In this document: in pieces, positions 49,301 to 62,144 of the stretch
How the letters are laid out: every line of letters begins with the position of its first letter
How positions within the stretch are numbered: position 1 is the stretch's first letter
Assembly: GCF_964194025.1 (NCBI RefSeq)
Contig: NC_134472.1
Location: 74,214,001 to 74,278,000 of the forward strand
Origin: Convolutriloba macropyga
Taxonomy: Eukaryota
Direction of reading: 5' to 3'
Length of the DNA stretch: 64,000 nt
The notes under the pieces: generated by a model
What the model was told of the DNA's origin: nothing
The model's database searches: none
Seen by the model: the letters and a program-made list of their open reading frames with translations, nothing else
Translations under genes and position numbers: made by a program

Positions 49301-51392
49301 GAAGCCATGTATGGTGAGAGACCAAATCTTAGTTTCATGAAAGTGTTCGGTTGTGTTGCTTACCATTTCATAGAGAAACAGTTCAGAAAAGAAATAGACA
49401 GAAAAGCGAAAAAGGGAATTTTCTAAGGTCATGCACTCGATAGTAGATCTTTTCTGATAGGAATAGAAAACGATCGCGGTGAACTAAAGGTGCAAAAACA
49501 AAGAATGCAAGGTTGGACGAGAACAACTATTACTTCGGAGTGATTGAACGCGCAAACCTAGAACATGAGGTAAACAAAGAGATGAGTGAAAAAGTTTTTT
49601 AAGTGAAATTGTTGATCAAAATTTGACACCTAAAAACGCAAAAGAGGCGATCAAGAATGAAAACTGGAAGAAAACAATGCAGGACATATATAACTCACTG
49701 AGCGAAAATACAGATTGGGATCTATTTGAGGATTATGGAGCAAAATTAGTGGGTAGTAGATGGCATTTTGGAGTTAAATATGGTCCGACGGGGGAGATAA
49801 GTAGATTCAAAGCAAGGTTCGTGGCCAAAGGTTATAGTCAAGTCTTAGGGAAGGATTTTCATGAGACATACTTACCAACGACTATGTTGTCAACAATTCG
49901 TTTAATTGTGAGCTTGTGTGTTCAAAAAGGGTCGAAAATAAGACAAATGGATATAAAAACGGCATATCTTAATGCACCTATAGCTGAAGAAAATTACAAG
50001 AAACAACCAGAAGGTTTTGAGCAATTAGACAACCAACGAAATCCTCTTGTTTGTTTAATGAAGAAAAGTCTTTACGGTTTTAAGCGGTCAGGAAGGAATT
50101 GGTATCTTACATTTAGGAATTTTTTGGTAGCTAAAGCTTTTGAATCTTCGGGTCATGATAGTTGTTTGTTCATAAAGAAAAGTGAAAGACAACTTCAAGG
50201 AGTAGTTTGTTTGTGGGTAGATGACATAATAAGCTGTGAGTTTCAGGAAAACTTCTCGTCTTGGTTCAAGAGTGAGCTGTCTAAGGATTTCAAAATGAGT
50301 TATTGAAAGGATCTTTGTTGGTTCCTTGGAATGAAAATTGTGAAAAAGGAAAATTCCATTGAAATCAACCAAGAACAGTATATTAAAAAGCTGTTAGAGA
50401 GATTTGGACTAAGAAGTTGGAAATCAGTAGAGACACCACTTGCAGAAAAAAAACTAACAAGAGAAGACTGCCCTCAGGAGGGGAGTGAAGAGCAAGAGCG
50501 CATGAAAAATTTTGATTATCGAAATTTAGTGGGTTGCTTGAATTATTTAGCTTGCTCGAGTAGACCAGACATTGCTTTTGTAGCAAATTTCTTCAGTTCT
50601 TTTGATGATAATCCAGGAGAAAAGCACTGGAAAGCCGGAAAAAGAGTTTCGAGATACCTCAAAGGTTCTAAGTCAAAGAGTTTAGTTTTTATGAGGGGAG
50701 ATAAGTCAACCTTAGAGTGTTTCTCCGATGCCGATTGAGCAGGAAGTTTAGACCATAGGAAAAGCACTTCAGCATATTGTTTCAAACTTAGTAGTAGCTC
50801 AGCCGTTGTCAGCTGGTCAACAAAGGTTCAAAGATGTGTTGCTACATCAATGGCAGAAGCTAAAATGGAATTCCTTAGTAGAGGCAACAAAGGAGGCCAT
50901 TCACTTGAGAGATCTGCTGCAGGACTTAAGCGTTGAGGTACAAAAACCTATTGAGATTTTCGTCGACAACCAGGCATTCAAAGCGCTCAGCAAGCAGTCC
51001 ACTCACTATGGAAAAACAAAACACTTTGCACTTGAACTTCATTTCATCAGGGAACTTGTAGAAAGGGGAGAACTAGAATTGAAATACTTACAAACTGACC
51101 TCATGATTGCAGATGTCCTCACCAAGGGCTTAGGGAAAACAAAACACGCTAGGTTTTGCGCGGCTCTCTTTGGTGACACCGAACCCGAAAGGAGGGGTGA
51201 AGGAAGTCAAGAATAACTTCCGATAATTTACGATTTTTGATTTAAAACTTACAGTTCGAGTTTGATGTCACAACCACTAAGCTATGATTGCGGGAACATA
51301 ATGCTATATAAACCTACTGATTTGTCACAAATTTTTCCGCCAATTGAAACGTTGATTAATACTTCTCTCTTACATCAATACACAGCTTGACA
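46389..51392 (+). mobile_element. Full-length degenerate Ty1/copia LTR retrotransposon in intron 2 of the sulfotransferase gene
   Basis: TG..CA LTRs at 46389-46576 and 51198-51392, TSD TATTT, copia-like PBS GGTTACTGTGCTCAG, and PPT GAAAGGAGGGG. Domain order gag-PR-IN-RT-RH. Confidence 0.96.
47378..51216 (+). pseudogene. Copia gag-pol with many frameshifts and stops
   Basis: FSGKEEDF (gag), two CCHC-like knuckles near 48045-48190, LDSGKTSHM (PR), FVDSFSRY (IN), RFKARFVAKGYSQ, QMDIKTAYLN and WVDD (RT), FSDAD and VDNQA (RNase H). Confidence 0.93.
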
Positions 51393-51492
51393 TATTTTTA
51401 TCCCAATTTCTATGTGCTACAGTCTATCGACTGTGACGTCACTGTCTTCTATTATGCATTTATTTGCGTATAAATTATCCAGTAGAAAAATC

Positions 51493-51647
51493 GGATCTCC
51501 CCCTCCCCAGCTTAGTGGGCGCATATTATTTGCACACCCCAGACGCACGTGCCATATTTTTAGATGAAGTTTAGTATGTAATGGCACGTGCTTTGTAACT
51601 GGGGGGCTCATAACGTACTGGTGGGGGGGCACAAACAGAAAAGATCC
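51493..51647. mobile_element. Diverged GGATC MITE (duplicated at 52120-52270)
   Basis: GGATCT...CCCAGCTTAGTGGGCG...CGCACGTGC...AAACAGAAAAGATCC. Confidence 0.75.
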
Positions 51648-51824
51648 TAAAATTAAATTCCGCTTCCTCTAGCGTGAGACATCTAATCTGTTAAGCATTA
51701 AGAATTAGAGGCACCTTACAAAAGATCTTCCGACTGTTGTGTGCCTATCTGACATGTAAGGGAAAACAAAACACGCTAGGTTTTGCGCGGCTCTCTTAGG
51801 TGAGACCCAACCCGAAAGGAGGGG

Positions 51825-52019
51825 TGAAGGAAGTCAAGAATAACTGCCGATAATTTACGATTTTTGATTTAAAAGTTACAGTTCGGGTTTGATGTCACAA
51901 CCATTGAGCTATGATTGCGGGAACATAATGCTATATAAACCTACTGATTTGTAACAAATCTTGCCGCCAACTGAAACGTTGATTAATACTTCTCTCTCAC
52001 ATCAATACACAGCTTGACA
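51825..52019 (+). repeat. Third copy of the copia LTR, part of a local tandem duplication
   Basis: Same sequence as the other two LTRs, preceded by the PPT and about 60 bp of pol 3' end. Confidence 0.92.
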
Positions 52020-52294
52020 TACTTCTATCCCAATTTCTGTGTGCTACAGTCTATCGACTGTGAAGTCACTGTCTTCTACTATGCATTTATTTGCGTCTAT
52101 ATTAACCAGTAGAAAAATCGGATCTCCCCCCCATCTTAGTGGGTGCATATTATTTGCACCCCACAGACGCACGTGCCATATTTTTAGATGAAATTTAGTA
52201 TGTAATGGCACGTGCTCTCTAACTGGGGGGCTCATAACGTACTGGGGGGGGGCGCAAACGGAAAACATCCGAAAAGTAAGTTCCGCTTCCTCTA

Positions 52295-52919
52295 CCCGGG
52301 TCGAGGTGACAAAAAATAATGTAAGAGTAGCGATGAATAGCGGTGAAAAAAATCTTTTTTCACCGCAAAGCGCCCGCATCTTTTAGCGTTGAATGCGCTG
52401 AAAGCGGTGAATTTTTGTAAGAATTGCGTTGAATTTTGCGCTGAATTTTTTTTTCACCGCATTCACCGGAATTCTTACAAAAAAAAACTGCTGTACAAGG
52501 GTTCGAACCTCTACCTCATGCGTGTCACCAACTTCGTAATCCACTGCGCCACCTGTCACTTACTTCAATGATATTTCCTGTGAATATAAGATAAGCGTTG
52601 AAATTAGCGCGGTGAATATTTGTAAGATTTGCATTTTTAGCGGTGAAAATTTTTTTTTCACCGCATTCTGCTGGTAGCGGTGAAAAATTTTTTTCACTGC
52701 ATTCTGCTGGTAGCGGTGAAAAATTTTTTTCACCATATTCTGCTGGTAGTGGTGAAAAATTTTCTTTCACCGCTTAAGCGCTGAAAGAAAAACTTTCACC
52801 GCTTAAAAGTTTTTTTTCACCGCAATCATCGCATTGAACGCAAATCTTACACTTTTACTCAAATTCACCGCAAATCTTACATCTTTTAGCAATTTTTAGC
52901 GGTGACACCTCGACCCGGG
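52295..52919. mobile_element. 625-bp TIR element (MITE) with TA TSD, GCGGTGAAA/TTTCACCGC dyads and an internal tRNA-like cassette
   Basis: 14-bp perfect TIR CCCGGGTCGAGGTG and CACCTCGACCCGGG, with TA on both sides. The empty site CTTCCTC-TA-GCGTGAGAC is present in the paralogous unit at ~51663-51680. Confidence 0.93.
52479..52559 (-). other. tRNA-like Pol III cassette inside the TA-MITE
   Basis: On the - strand: A box TGGCGCAGTGG (52551-52541), B box GGTTCGAACCC (52509-52499), and a T9 run (52487-52479). Confidence 0.72.
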
Positions 52920-52958
52920 TAGCGTGAGACATCTAATCTGTTAAGCATTAAGATTTAG

Positions 52959-53100
52959 AGGCACCTTACAAGAGATCTTCCGACTGTTGTGTGCCTATCT
53001 GACATGTAATGTGCCTGGCGACTTGAGGGAGAGAGTCTACAACCACAGATTCGCCAGAATCACACGAAGGGACTCAAGACTCAAGCCAGTCGACCCAAAG
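52959..53100 (+). CDS. CHST-type sulfotransferase exon 3
   Basis: TTTAG|...AAG|GTATAT; GTLQEIFRLLCAYLTCNVPGDLRERVYNHRF... is open. Its phase 2/0 exactly bridges exons 2 and 4. Confidence 0.7.
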
Positions 53101-56100
53101 GTATATTTTATTAAGTATTCTGAAAACCATCAATTTTGATTAAACATTTTGAATCTATTCTGGTTTGAATCTCTGTCAACAAAAACGTTTTTCCTGTAAT
53201 TTGTCTAAATTTTCTGAATTTAATGTTATTGGAAAGAGTAATTATCTGACCTTCTTCAAGTACAGCCAAAAAATTGCATTGGCTATTATCATGCTGCTTT
53301 ATTTTTTCGGAATTTTTTGAAAACTTCAAAAAAAAAATTATTTGGTAGAGCTTTGAACCCAGAATTCTGATTTTTTTTCGAAATTTACAAATGTTTGGTT
53401 GCTAAAAATTGTCCAGTTCTGTGTCCAAATTAGAACTTCATTTTACAACTTATGCTGATCTGAATCAAAATTGGTTGTTGACCATGAAAATAAGAAAACG
53501 GTATCGAAATCTTTCAAAATTTTTTTCAACTTTTGTCAACACCATGAGTTCAGTGAGACTATGAGTTCAGTTTGATCATGAAAACATAGTTAACTTTGCC
53601 AAAAATAAATCCAAAACTCAAAATTTGAATGCAATGATGCTCAAGTTGTTGAAAAAAGTATATCAAGAAAAATTTTTGAAGACACAAAACTGAATAAAAA
53701 GTTATTGTCTAAATTCAGTTGCTTTAGTTGTAATCTATATTAGTAAGTAATAAAATTGGCTGGAATCAAACTTAACAAAAACCATAAACGGTCAATTTAA
53801 ACAATATTTTCTAAAAAATTGAAAAATATGAGTAAAATTATGAGAGATTTATGGGAATTTTTCGAAGCAATTGAAACTCAAAATATCTTGACGCAAACAC
53901 ATTGCATGATAGTATTGGGAATAGGGTTTTTATGTTTTTTTAAAGCAATCAACTCTAGAGATGGTGATGCAGGCTGAAAAAGGTCCGATGGATGATAAAC
54001 GAAGGATGAGAGATTTGGCAAATTTTATAGAAAGATGGAATCATAGACAAACAAAATGATATTCCGAAAGCTTCAATTTAGGATGGATTTGATATCGCAG
54101 ATTGGTTACGTTTTTCATCATGTAAGTGAATTCGTAGTTGGCCGGACCGTTAGCCAATCATTAATTGAGCTGAATTGAGAATTGAAAATATTGGAACGAG
54201 CTAAATCAATTCAAATTTTATCCATTGATTTTTTTGATATTGAAATTTTTATTATTATTCATAAGTCATCGAAGTTCCTCAAATTAGTATTTTATCACAT
54301 CCGATTTATTTTGAGTCCCCAAAATTTAATTGATTTGTTAGTTTGCGCCATCGATTTAAGCCTACAATTATTTGAATACCCAACTATGCAAGTAAACATT
54401 TCTCAGATTACAAATAAGTAATCTGAGATATTTCTCAAAATTACAAACAATAGTGGAATCTCAGTTTATCAAGTATGTAAATTTTACATCCCCGGTGGAA
54501 GCTACATCAATTTTTCGTAGCACTATATTTAATAAAATGGTATAAAATTACACATAGAGTTTTCGGCAAAATCTGAGTTTTTTTTAAAATAAATATTTTC
54601 ACAAATTATTATTTTCCCACTATTGCTTTTACAAAACTATTAATACCTAATAACGTTACTTACCAAAGGCATATAGTGATAAAATTTTATAAAAGCAACC
54701 AATTTGATAATGTTTAGGAAATTAGTTATTTTTAAATTAAGATTTGTCAAAATCATCAGATATAGCAGCTAATAACAACTATAAAATTCCAACAACTATG
54801 ATTACACATCTTTTGAGAACTTGTATTCGCTTTGATTTTATTATCATCGACTAATTTTTCGAAACACAGCGAACCTGGGGGTACCTGAAAAGTCATTATG
54901 TTCAGTAATTGTACTTTAAAAGAGCTCTATTCGAACTACATATTAATTTAGAGCATATACTGTTCTTTCTGTCAAGATTGATATTTGGAAATAAAACTGA
55001 AAAAAAAACAAAAAGGAGGCTCGTTAATGTGCCTTCGCACATGATGTTCCGACCCGCGCTCATCTACATAACGGTGAACCAAATTAAATGGTAATCAAAA
55101 ATAGATCTTTGAGTTCAAAAAAATCGGTACACAAACCACTAAATTAATTACATAATGCCATACCTCATTAAAGTGCTCACGAGATCTCACACTATTAATG
55201 AGAATACACGAGAAAAATTAAACAACGAAATAAGCAAAAAGAAAAAAAAATACGGCAAAAATTCAACATCCAAATTTAAAAGCACCTGGTAACAACGTCA
55301 AAATTTAGTCAGAAAAAATCTCCATTACACGAAATTACTTTTTCATTACCACAAAGAAGATAGTATTTTATTTTGAAGAGACTAGGTAGCAAGTTGAAAA
55401 AAAGAAGCAATAATGAGGCGAAGTTCCAAAATTAACCAAAACTTATTAAACCAAATATTTACAAATGTTTTAAAAACCATTAGCTTCTAACAAAAAATTG
55501 TTGCTAAATTTACTGAAAAGTCATTCTAAAACTAATAGAATCTGTCTTTGGTTATAATAAACCACTCAAACGGACTAAAATTGAAGAAAAAGTGAAAAGA
55601 AAATAAAAACAAATTTCGAAAACACAAATTATTGAAGCTATTAAAATCTTTCGCTGTTATCTGAACTTTGTTTTGTTTTAAATGTTAATTAAACTATTTC
55701 AGTTAAAACTATACTGAAAGATTAAGTATGCTCACTTGGACCTCATTTGGCAATCATTGGGTTCTGTTATTACGCGAATGTGCTTAAAGAAGACAAAAAG
55801 GAACAAGTATTGACTACTAACACATTTTTTATGAAAACCCATATTGTTCATCATTAAAAGATCAGATACGACGTAAAATCAAAAGCAATTTTAATATTCG
55901 AACTACAGGCAAGTGGATAAGGACTCTCAGAGTTGAGAGTTAGATACAAGTTGACAAATATAACAACAAAATCTAAAAAATTTTAAAAACGTATGAAAAC
56001 AAATAATATCATAAACTTTAAGAATATTTGCGAAAACTTACTGCCTTAAAATTTTTTTTCTTTAAACGCTCAGTTAGAAACTTATGAGACGTTTTCACGC

Positions 56101-57489
56101 CTACATGAAGAATAAAAAAACAACAAGCAAAAATCAGCAAAATGAAAAAATAATTAAGGGAGAAAAAGATTGAGCCAATAAAGAAAACTTTTCATTGTCA
56201 TTTTTTTCAGTTTCAATTAATTTGTTAACGACAATAAAATTATCTTTTGTAACAATATGATTTCAAAAAACAAACAAACTTGAACAAATATGTTAAAACT
56301 ACGAAATCTTTGAGAAAACTCTTAGTATCAAAGCCATTAATTTCAATAGCTTTCAACGAAAATCAATAAATATTAAGTTATAATAAGTTATGGTTCAATG
56401 AGAAGGCAGTAATTTATGTCATTCCTAAATCCTCAATAAATCATCAAAATAAGTTGTATGGCTATGAAAACGACAACAAATACAGGCAAAAACAAAAAAA
56501 AATAATCAGTGAAGTGCGAGAAGACAGTGTCGAAGCCATTAAAACCATACGTTTTTGTCTGTAAAGATTATCGATGGTCTTTTGAAAGTTTTCTCTATGC
56601 AAATTCGCAAAAATAGGATAATGTGATAAGATTTTGAAAGTATCTAAAATTATGAAAAACGGAAAAAATAACCAAAAGTTATAAAAAAAATTACAAAAAA
56701 TTGGTGGAATCCAAGTCATAACGACAATAGTCAGAAGATAAAACCGCTAAGGAGATGTATTTTTGTTGCAGTACAAAGTAAGGGGTTCCCGTCAATAGCG
56801 AGACTGAATTACAGTTCACAGAAACAAGTTTAAGATCGGTTAATTTTAAAAAGATTTTTACGATTTTTTTTAAAGTCTCTACAGCCATGTGCTGTCCACT
56901 CAAATTAGTAAATAGGATCAATTACTGCTGTTTGGGAAACCTATTGCACTCTTAGTCAACGATTCTATGTCAAAAGAACAAAATTTTGTGAAAATCTCAA
57001 AAAGAAAATCAAATTTTTATTAAAAATTACGAAAACTCAGAGTCGGAGTCATAAATAATGAGCAATTCCTTAAAAAGAGACTATTTGTTCAATGGAAATC
57101 ATTTGACTGTAAATGACGCTTGAGATGATCAGAACCTTTATTTGAAAAGTTACTAGTCTTTAAGTGACCTTAAAAAATTATATATGAAAAATGTATGAAA
57201 TTGTTTTTAAATTATCAGCTATCAAATAGAAATCGATTTTTTTATTGTAAACTTCCCTATGAGTCAAAAACTGCCCTTTTTATGGCTTTTCGCTGGTTAA
57301 AAACTCAAAATTGTTTCATTTGTAGCATAAAATGTAAATTTGTATCGATGTTTTTATAGAAAAAATCCTAATTTGATCAAAAGGTGAACAAAATCATACC
57401 AAACATCACGTGTTCGCACAATATTTCAAACCTCGATAACTTCTCGAAAAACACGAAAATCAAAAAATCTTTTATTTCCAAACTCTTCT

Positions 57490-57615
57490 CTCGACGAGCT
57501 TTTAAATGATACCACTCATATTTCTCTACCAATATATCGTTCGGCCATAATTGTCTGAACAAAAAAACCTATTTGAGTATATAGTTCCTCCCCTCACAGT
57601 TGGAGTCGGAACGAA
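57490..57615 (+). repeat. Dispersed repeat family C fragment
   Basis: GAGCTTT..ATGATACCACTCA...ATAGTTCCTCCCC..GGAAC motif chain, also seen at ~1300-1465, ~3440-3603 and inverted at ~39577-39710. Confidence 0.6.
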
Positions 57616-58110
57616 AAAAGTCACAAATTTACTTGATGTGATAAAATTTGTTGATAAGTAAAAACAATTACATTAATGGCAGCGATAAAACCTGAATAGG
57701 CGACGCCTGCTTTTGAAATATGAGGCTTCAAATAATTTTAGTGCGGACTGGAAGAGCGCATTTATCTGAATCATAGTTTGTACCCTTGGTGTTTACTTGT
57801 TTTAAACGTTTCCAAGTCATTTTTATTTTTCACAATATATGAAAACAATTCATTAATAAAAATGGGGGCAAACGATATCTAATTGTTGGAGAGTTAAAAG
57901 AAGAAAATTTATTATTGTGATGCAGTCTACTACTTTTGAAAATTCAATTTTCGAAAATCACTTTTTTTGAAATCTGAAATTATCATCAAATTGTCAAACT
58001 TTTTTCTAACGCCTTAGAGGATTTCTAGACTATTTTGTTTTTATTAAAAAAAACGTCATATCCTCTCAGCAAATGTGAAATTCAAAAAATGTTTTTCAGC
58101 AATGTTGTAC

Positions 58111-58425
58111 TGTAAGGCAGACCCTATGTGGGCTCGTTTTACAGTCTTAAGATATAAAGAGTTAGAGCTACATATTTCTGCGCGCGAAGTTGACCTAACT
58201 AGTTTTCTCAGACTAACCGACTCTGTAAAACATTGAAGGTGAACGTCAATTATAACGGTGATGATTTATTATAATACCGGAGTCATAAGTATACACATCG
58301 TGCAACTACAGAATAGACTAACTACAGTTAGTTGAGTTAGCGCTATATAAAAGAGAATAGTGTCTTCTCAGTCTCTGATTGGCTAGAGGTGTACATCCAG
58401 TATTTCGACTGCTACAATAGTGTAA
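58111..58425 (+). repeat. About 310-bp dispersed repeat, solo-LTR-like
   Basis: Inverted homolog at 62145-62470, sharing blocks such as GAGAATAGTGTCTTCTCAGTCTCTGATT and TTCTCAGACTAACCGACTCTGTAAAAC. TATATAAAAG is present; no TSD found. Confidence 0.7.
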
Positions 58426-58792
58426 AGGCTTTTGAATGATACTACTTATGTCTTCCTCCTATCAATATATATATATAAATGGGGGGGGGGGGGGGTGTCA
58501 GAACGAAAAAACGCAAGGCTAGTGTATAGCTTCTTCCCTCATTAAAGAATAGTAAAAAAATAGTTCGATAGTTCGAGCAAATAAACCAATATACCAGTCA
58601 ATCTTTTTTTGCAGAACAAAAAAACTTTTTCATTATATAGCTTATACACATCCTCGGTTTGATTTTGGAACAAAATGCGAATGTTTGGGAACAAGAGACC
58701 TATGTATATTAGGCAAATATCTATTGTTTAGTTTACGAGAGAGATATTATATTCTGCAGTAAAGAGATTAAAAATTGACATTCAATTTTTAG

Positions 58793-58977
58793 GCACCCGA
58801 GGAAGTGCAGTTTAAAGAACTGTGTCCTCTTGCAGATCTGAGAATAATCAAGAGCATCAGACTCACTTTCCTGCCTCTCCGAGACCAACAAGTCCTCTAC
58901 AAACAACTGCTGGATGTGTTTCCAGACTTAGCCATCGTCATTCTGTACAGGGATCCAAGAAAAGTCTATTTGTCATC
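58793..58977 (+). CDS. CHST-type sulfotransferase exon 4 (3'-PB motif)
   Basis: TTTTTAG| acceptor; ...LCPLADLRIIKSIRL...PDLAIVILYRDPRKVYLS contains the K.IR and RDPR....S motifs. Donor |GTAAGC, phase 0/2. Confidence 0.85.
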
Positions 58978-60934
58978 GTAAGCAATTATCTTATTTAATT
59001 GCCCGTAATCACTTTCAAACCAAAAGTAGAGTTGAGACCAGTTTTGACGAGACAAAGTTTATTTTTTGGGTCTACTAAACCAATGATGCGTAGTTCTTCT
59101 ACTGAGAGACACGTTCAATACCCAGGTTGAGGTCCCAGACTAGAATAGATTCAGTTGATTGAGGTCCCAGACTCAGTTGATTAGAAAAACTACACCTATT
59201 TGACTCAATTTTTCTCATAATTTCGAGGGGGTCAAATGTTTTTCCACCCGCCTGTCCTTCGACAGCAATTATTCTGACATTAGTTGGTTTGTGTGTATCG
59301 CATTCCAGTATGTAATTCGAGCCCAGAATGCCCAGCTGTTTGCTTACTTTTGGAGATTTTATTATAGCTGCATAGCTGTAAGTTAAGCGTAGCTATATTG
59401 CAGTGATATATTGCGGTGTTCGTGGTTTTTTACAATTCAAAGAATTTGAATTGTATATTGCAGTGTTGTCTTTTTAGTACTCAAAGAGGAGTATTGGAGG
59501 CATGTCTTTTAATCAACTTTATTGGCGTGATTTTCGCAGCTGGAAATAAAATACGAGAAAAAAGTGTCACTTGGGTGCTGAACAAAAGTAAAGAATGGAG
59601 CGAAAAGAGAGTGCAGCGAAAAAAGAGTGGCTTTTTGTTCATAGCGCTGTTTTGGAGAGAACAAAAAAATGAGGTGTGAGAAAATTCTGTAGGCGAGCGA
59701 AATTTTTTGTTGATGTGCTTCATTTTAAACAAGTTATCTTCATTTTTTGATAAGAAATTTTTCTTATAACCTTGTATCAATTTTAGGGTTGTTTTGATAG
59801 TGGTGTGAAATAGTCTGGGTTAATATGAGGTTTAAACTAATTTGCAGGTTCTTAGGCTGCTTCGATGACTTTTTATACGAATTTTAGACATTGTTTGCTT
59901 ATTGTTTCGTTTAACTCCCTTAAGTAGGCTTTGAAAACACGATTCAAACTTACTGAGTTTTCAGATACAAAGTGAGTGCAGTTTCAGTTTACTTTTGAAG
60001 TAGAATAAGAAAACAGTGTTCGATTGAAAATTCGCTTTCTGGCTGGTGGTTTTTTGTTCACATGTGGCATTTTCAAATTATTACGGTTTTTTTTTCTATT
60101 TTTGATCGGATATTCTCTGAATATTTTCCCAATTCATTCATTGTCCCCTCTACGCCTTATGTTTTTAGTCTATGAAAATTATTTGAATTGTAAGTCAGGA
60201 CTTGTCCGGTTTTCTTGTTCACAATCCAAAGTTTTTGGATTGTATTGTTGCGCTTTCTTTTTGAAGATCTGTTCACATTTTTTTCGGCTTTTTACCCCAG
60301 AATTCTGCCTTTTCAGAGAGTATTTTTTCCATGTCGTTCAGTGTGATCCATGGCATGTCTGGTTGGTTGTCAGTGAGATTTATATTGGCCTAAATAAGAG
60401 TAGGAGTCCATAGTTAGTGGTTTTCAGGGCTTTGACACTATTTGTTATCATAACTTTTTTGCTAATTTTTGAGTTTGGCGAAAATTTGTTGTAAATTTTG
60501 TTTTCTTATGATTTAATCTCATTAGAGAAAAGTCTCACACGTTGATAAAGGAATCTATTCATTTATTGAAATTCTAAGCGGATAATTTCTAATTTCTTAT
60601 TTTTATTGCTCTCTTTAGTGTCTTCTCTTATGTTCATTTAAGACACGATTTATAAGGTGCTAAAGACTCTCGAAGTATTCAAAAAATTGCTAGCCTTTGC
60701 TTTCAATGACATACACTGTTCGTTTACCAGAAGTAATAGTAATTTTGTGAGTTTTGCAAGTATTTTATGTACTTATTACTCTCCTATCACTCATTCTAGT
60801 TAAAGACAGGTCTCACTTGTCCTGTTATGTTTTTCGTTTTGTCCTCTGAAGCGTTTTTCGTATTACATTAATTCACAGAGCAAAGCTGAAATCAACTTTT
60901 CTGAATGACTTCTTCCTCTCATTAACGGATTTTT

Positions 60935-61159
60935 NNNNNNNNNNNNNNNNNNNNNNNNNNNNNNNNNNNNNNNNNNNNNNNNNNNNNNNNNNNNNNNNNN
61001 NNNNNNNNNNNNNNNNNNNNNNNNNNNNNNNNNNNNNNNNNNNNNNNNNNNNNNNNNNNNNNNNNNNNNNNNNNNNNNNNNNNNNNNNNNNNNNNNNNNN
61101 NNNNNNNNNNNNNNNNNNNNNNNNNNNNNNNNNNNNNNNNNNNNNNNNNNNNNNNNNNN
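60935..61159. other. Assembly gap (N run)
   Basis: Run of N. Confidence 1.
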
Positions 61160-61559
61160 TTGATCATACGAGACTCAGCTCACTCAATAATTTGTTTTTT
61201 TTTGCACTTTAAAACTTAAGTTTAATTTACATTAGTATGAACTTAGTCAAAGGAACTCACATGTGTAACAAAATCTCTAATAAAAAGGCTTCAGTGGAAT
61301 GAATTTTAACCGTCTTTGTCAATTTAGCGCTGGGTGTTTTTACATGGATTTTTTAAGCGGCGTCGATAACTTTTTCAACATATAGCTGTCTCTTTTTCTA
61401 TCTATATTATACGGCACGCAAATCTATCTCGCATCTATTCCAGTAATCTATGGGCTATGTTCCACCTAGTTTTTTTCAATGACATTACTTTGAATCTCAG
61501 TTAAAAATGAAAGAATTTAAAAGTATCTGCCAAATTATCGTCTCTTGTTTATTTTTCAG

Positions 61560-61633
61560 AGAAGATCGTGGCTTTGGAGTAAGTGGAATCAAAGAGACAT
61601 GCACTGACCAATTGTCACTCCATCTCTCATTAG
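61560..61633 (+). CDS. CHST-type sulfotransferase exon 5
   Basis: Polypyrimidine tract then CAG|; EDRGFGVSGIKETCTDQLSLHLSL with a Cys at the expected position. Donor G|GTGAGA; phase 2/1 fits both neighbours. Confidence 0.65.
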
Positions 61634-62144
61634 GTGAGACAGCATTCCTATTACTCAGGTGCAAACAGTCTCTTACTGTTTATCCCTCACATCACCCCAC
61701 AAAATACTTTGTAAATTTTCATTTAACAATCGTTCTTGCTCCTTTAAGTCTTCTAAAACAGTTCTTCCTCAATGATCGAAATAGACGGAAGAAAACTCGA
61801 CATTTACCTTTTCTGTGCGGCCTGCCGGGTTCTTACTTTTGGATAGGCGTTAATTGTCTTAAAATTTAGAACGCACCTACTTTTATTACTCGGAGTTGAT
61901 CTCCTCTTTTATTTAATTTACCTACATCTAATCTTGAGCCAGCTTTATTTTTATTCTTTATTCTTTTTCTGCTTATTTTTTGATTTCTAACAAACTTAAC
62001 GGTAAAATTTTCAACAAGCGCAATATAAACATCTGATCAGAACGTGCTTAAATGGATAAGTACAGTTGAGGCATTGCTAATTGAGCAGTATGATGACGTT
62101 GATCGTTCCCCTCTGATCATGACGCGGTGTAGTGTGAAAAACGA

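Larger units (their letters stand above)
51132..53009 (+). repeat. Tandem duplication of about 625 bp (unit 1 51132-51758; unit 2 51759-53009 including a MITE insertion)
   Basis: Each unit has copia 3' end, LTR, flank, small MITE, then the acceptor and first ~50 nt of sulfotransferase exon 3. Confidence 0.92.

Noticed and set aside
46389-52019. A three-LTR tandem copia element from recombination or read-through
   Set aside because: The third LTR is duplicated together with host flank and exon sequence, so it arises from a post-insertion segmental duplication.
53100-57400. Decayed transposase or other coding remnants in A-rich tracts (also 30500-32200 and 43000-45100)
   Set aside because: No sustained frame or motif that I can support by eye; a translated HMM search would be needed.
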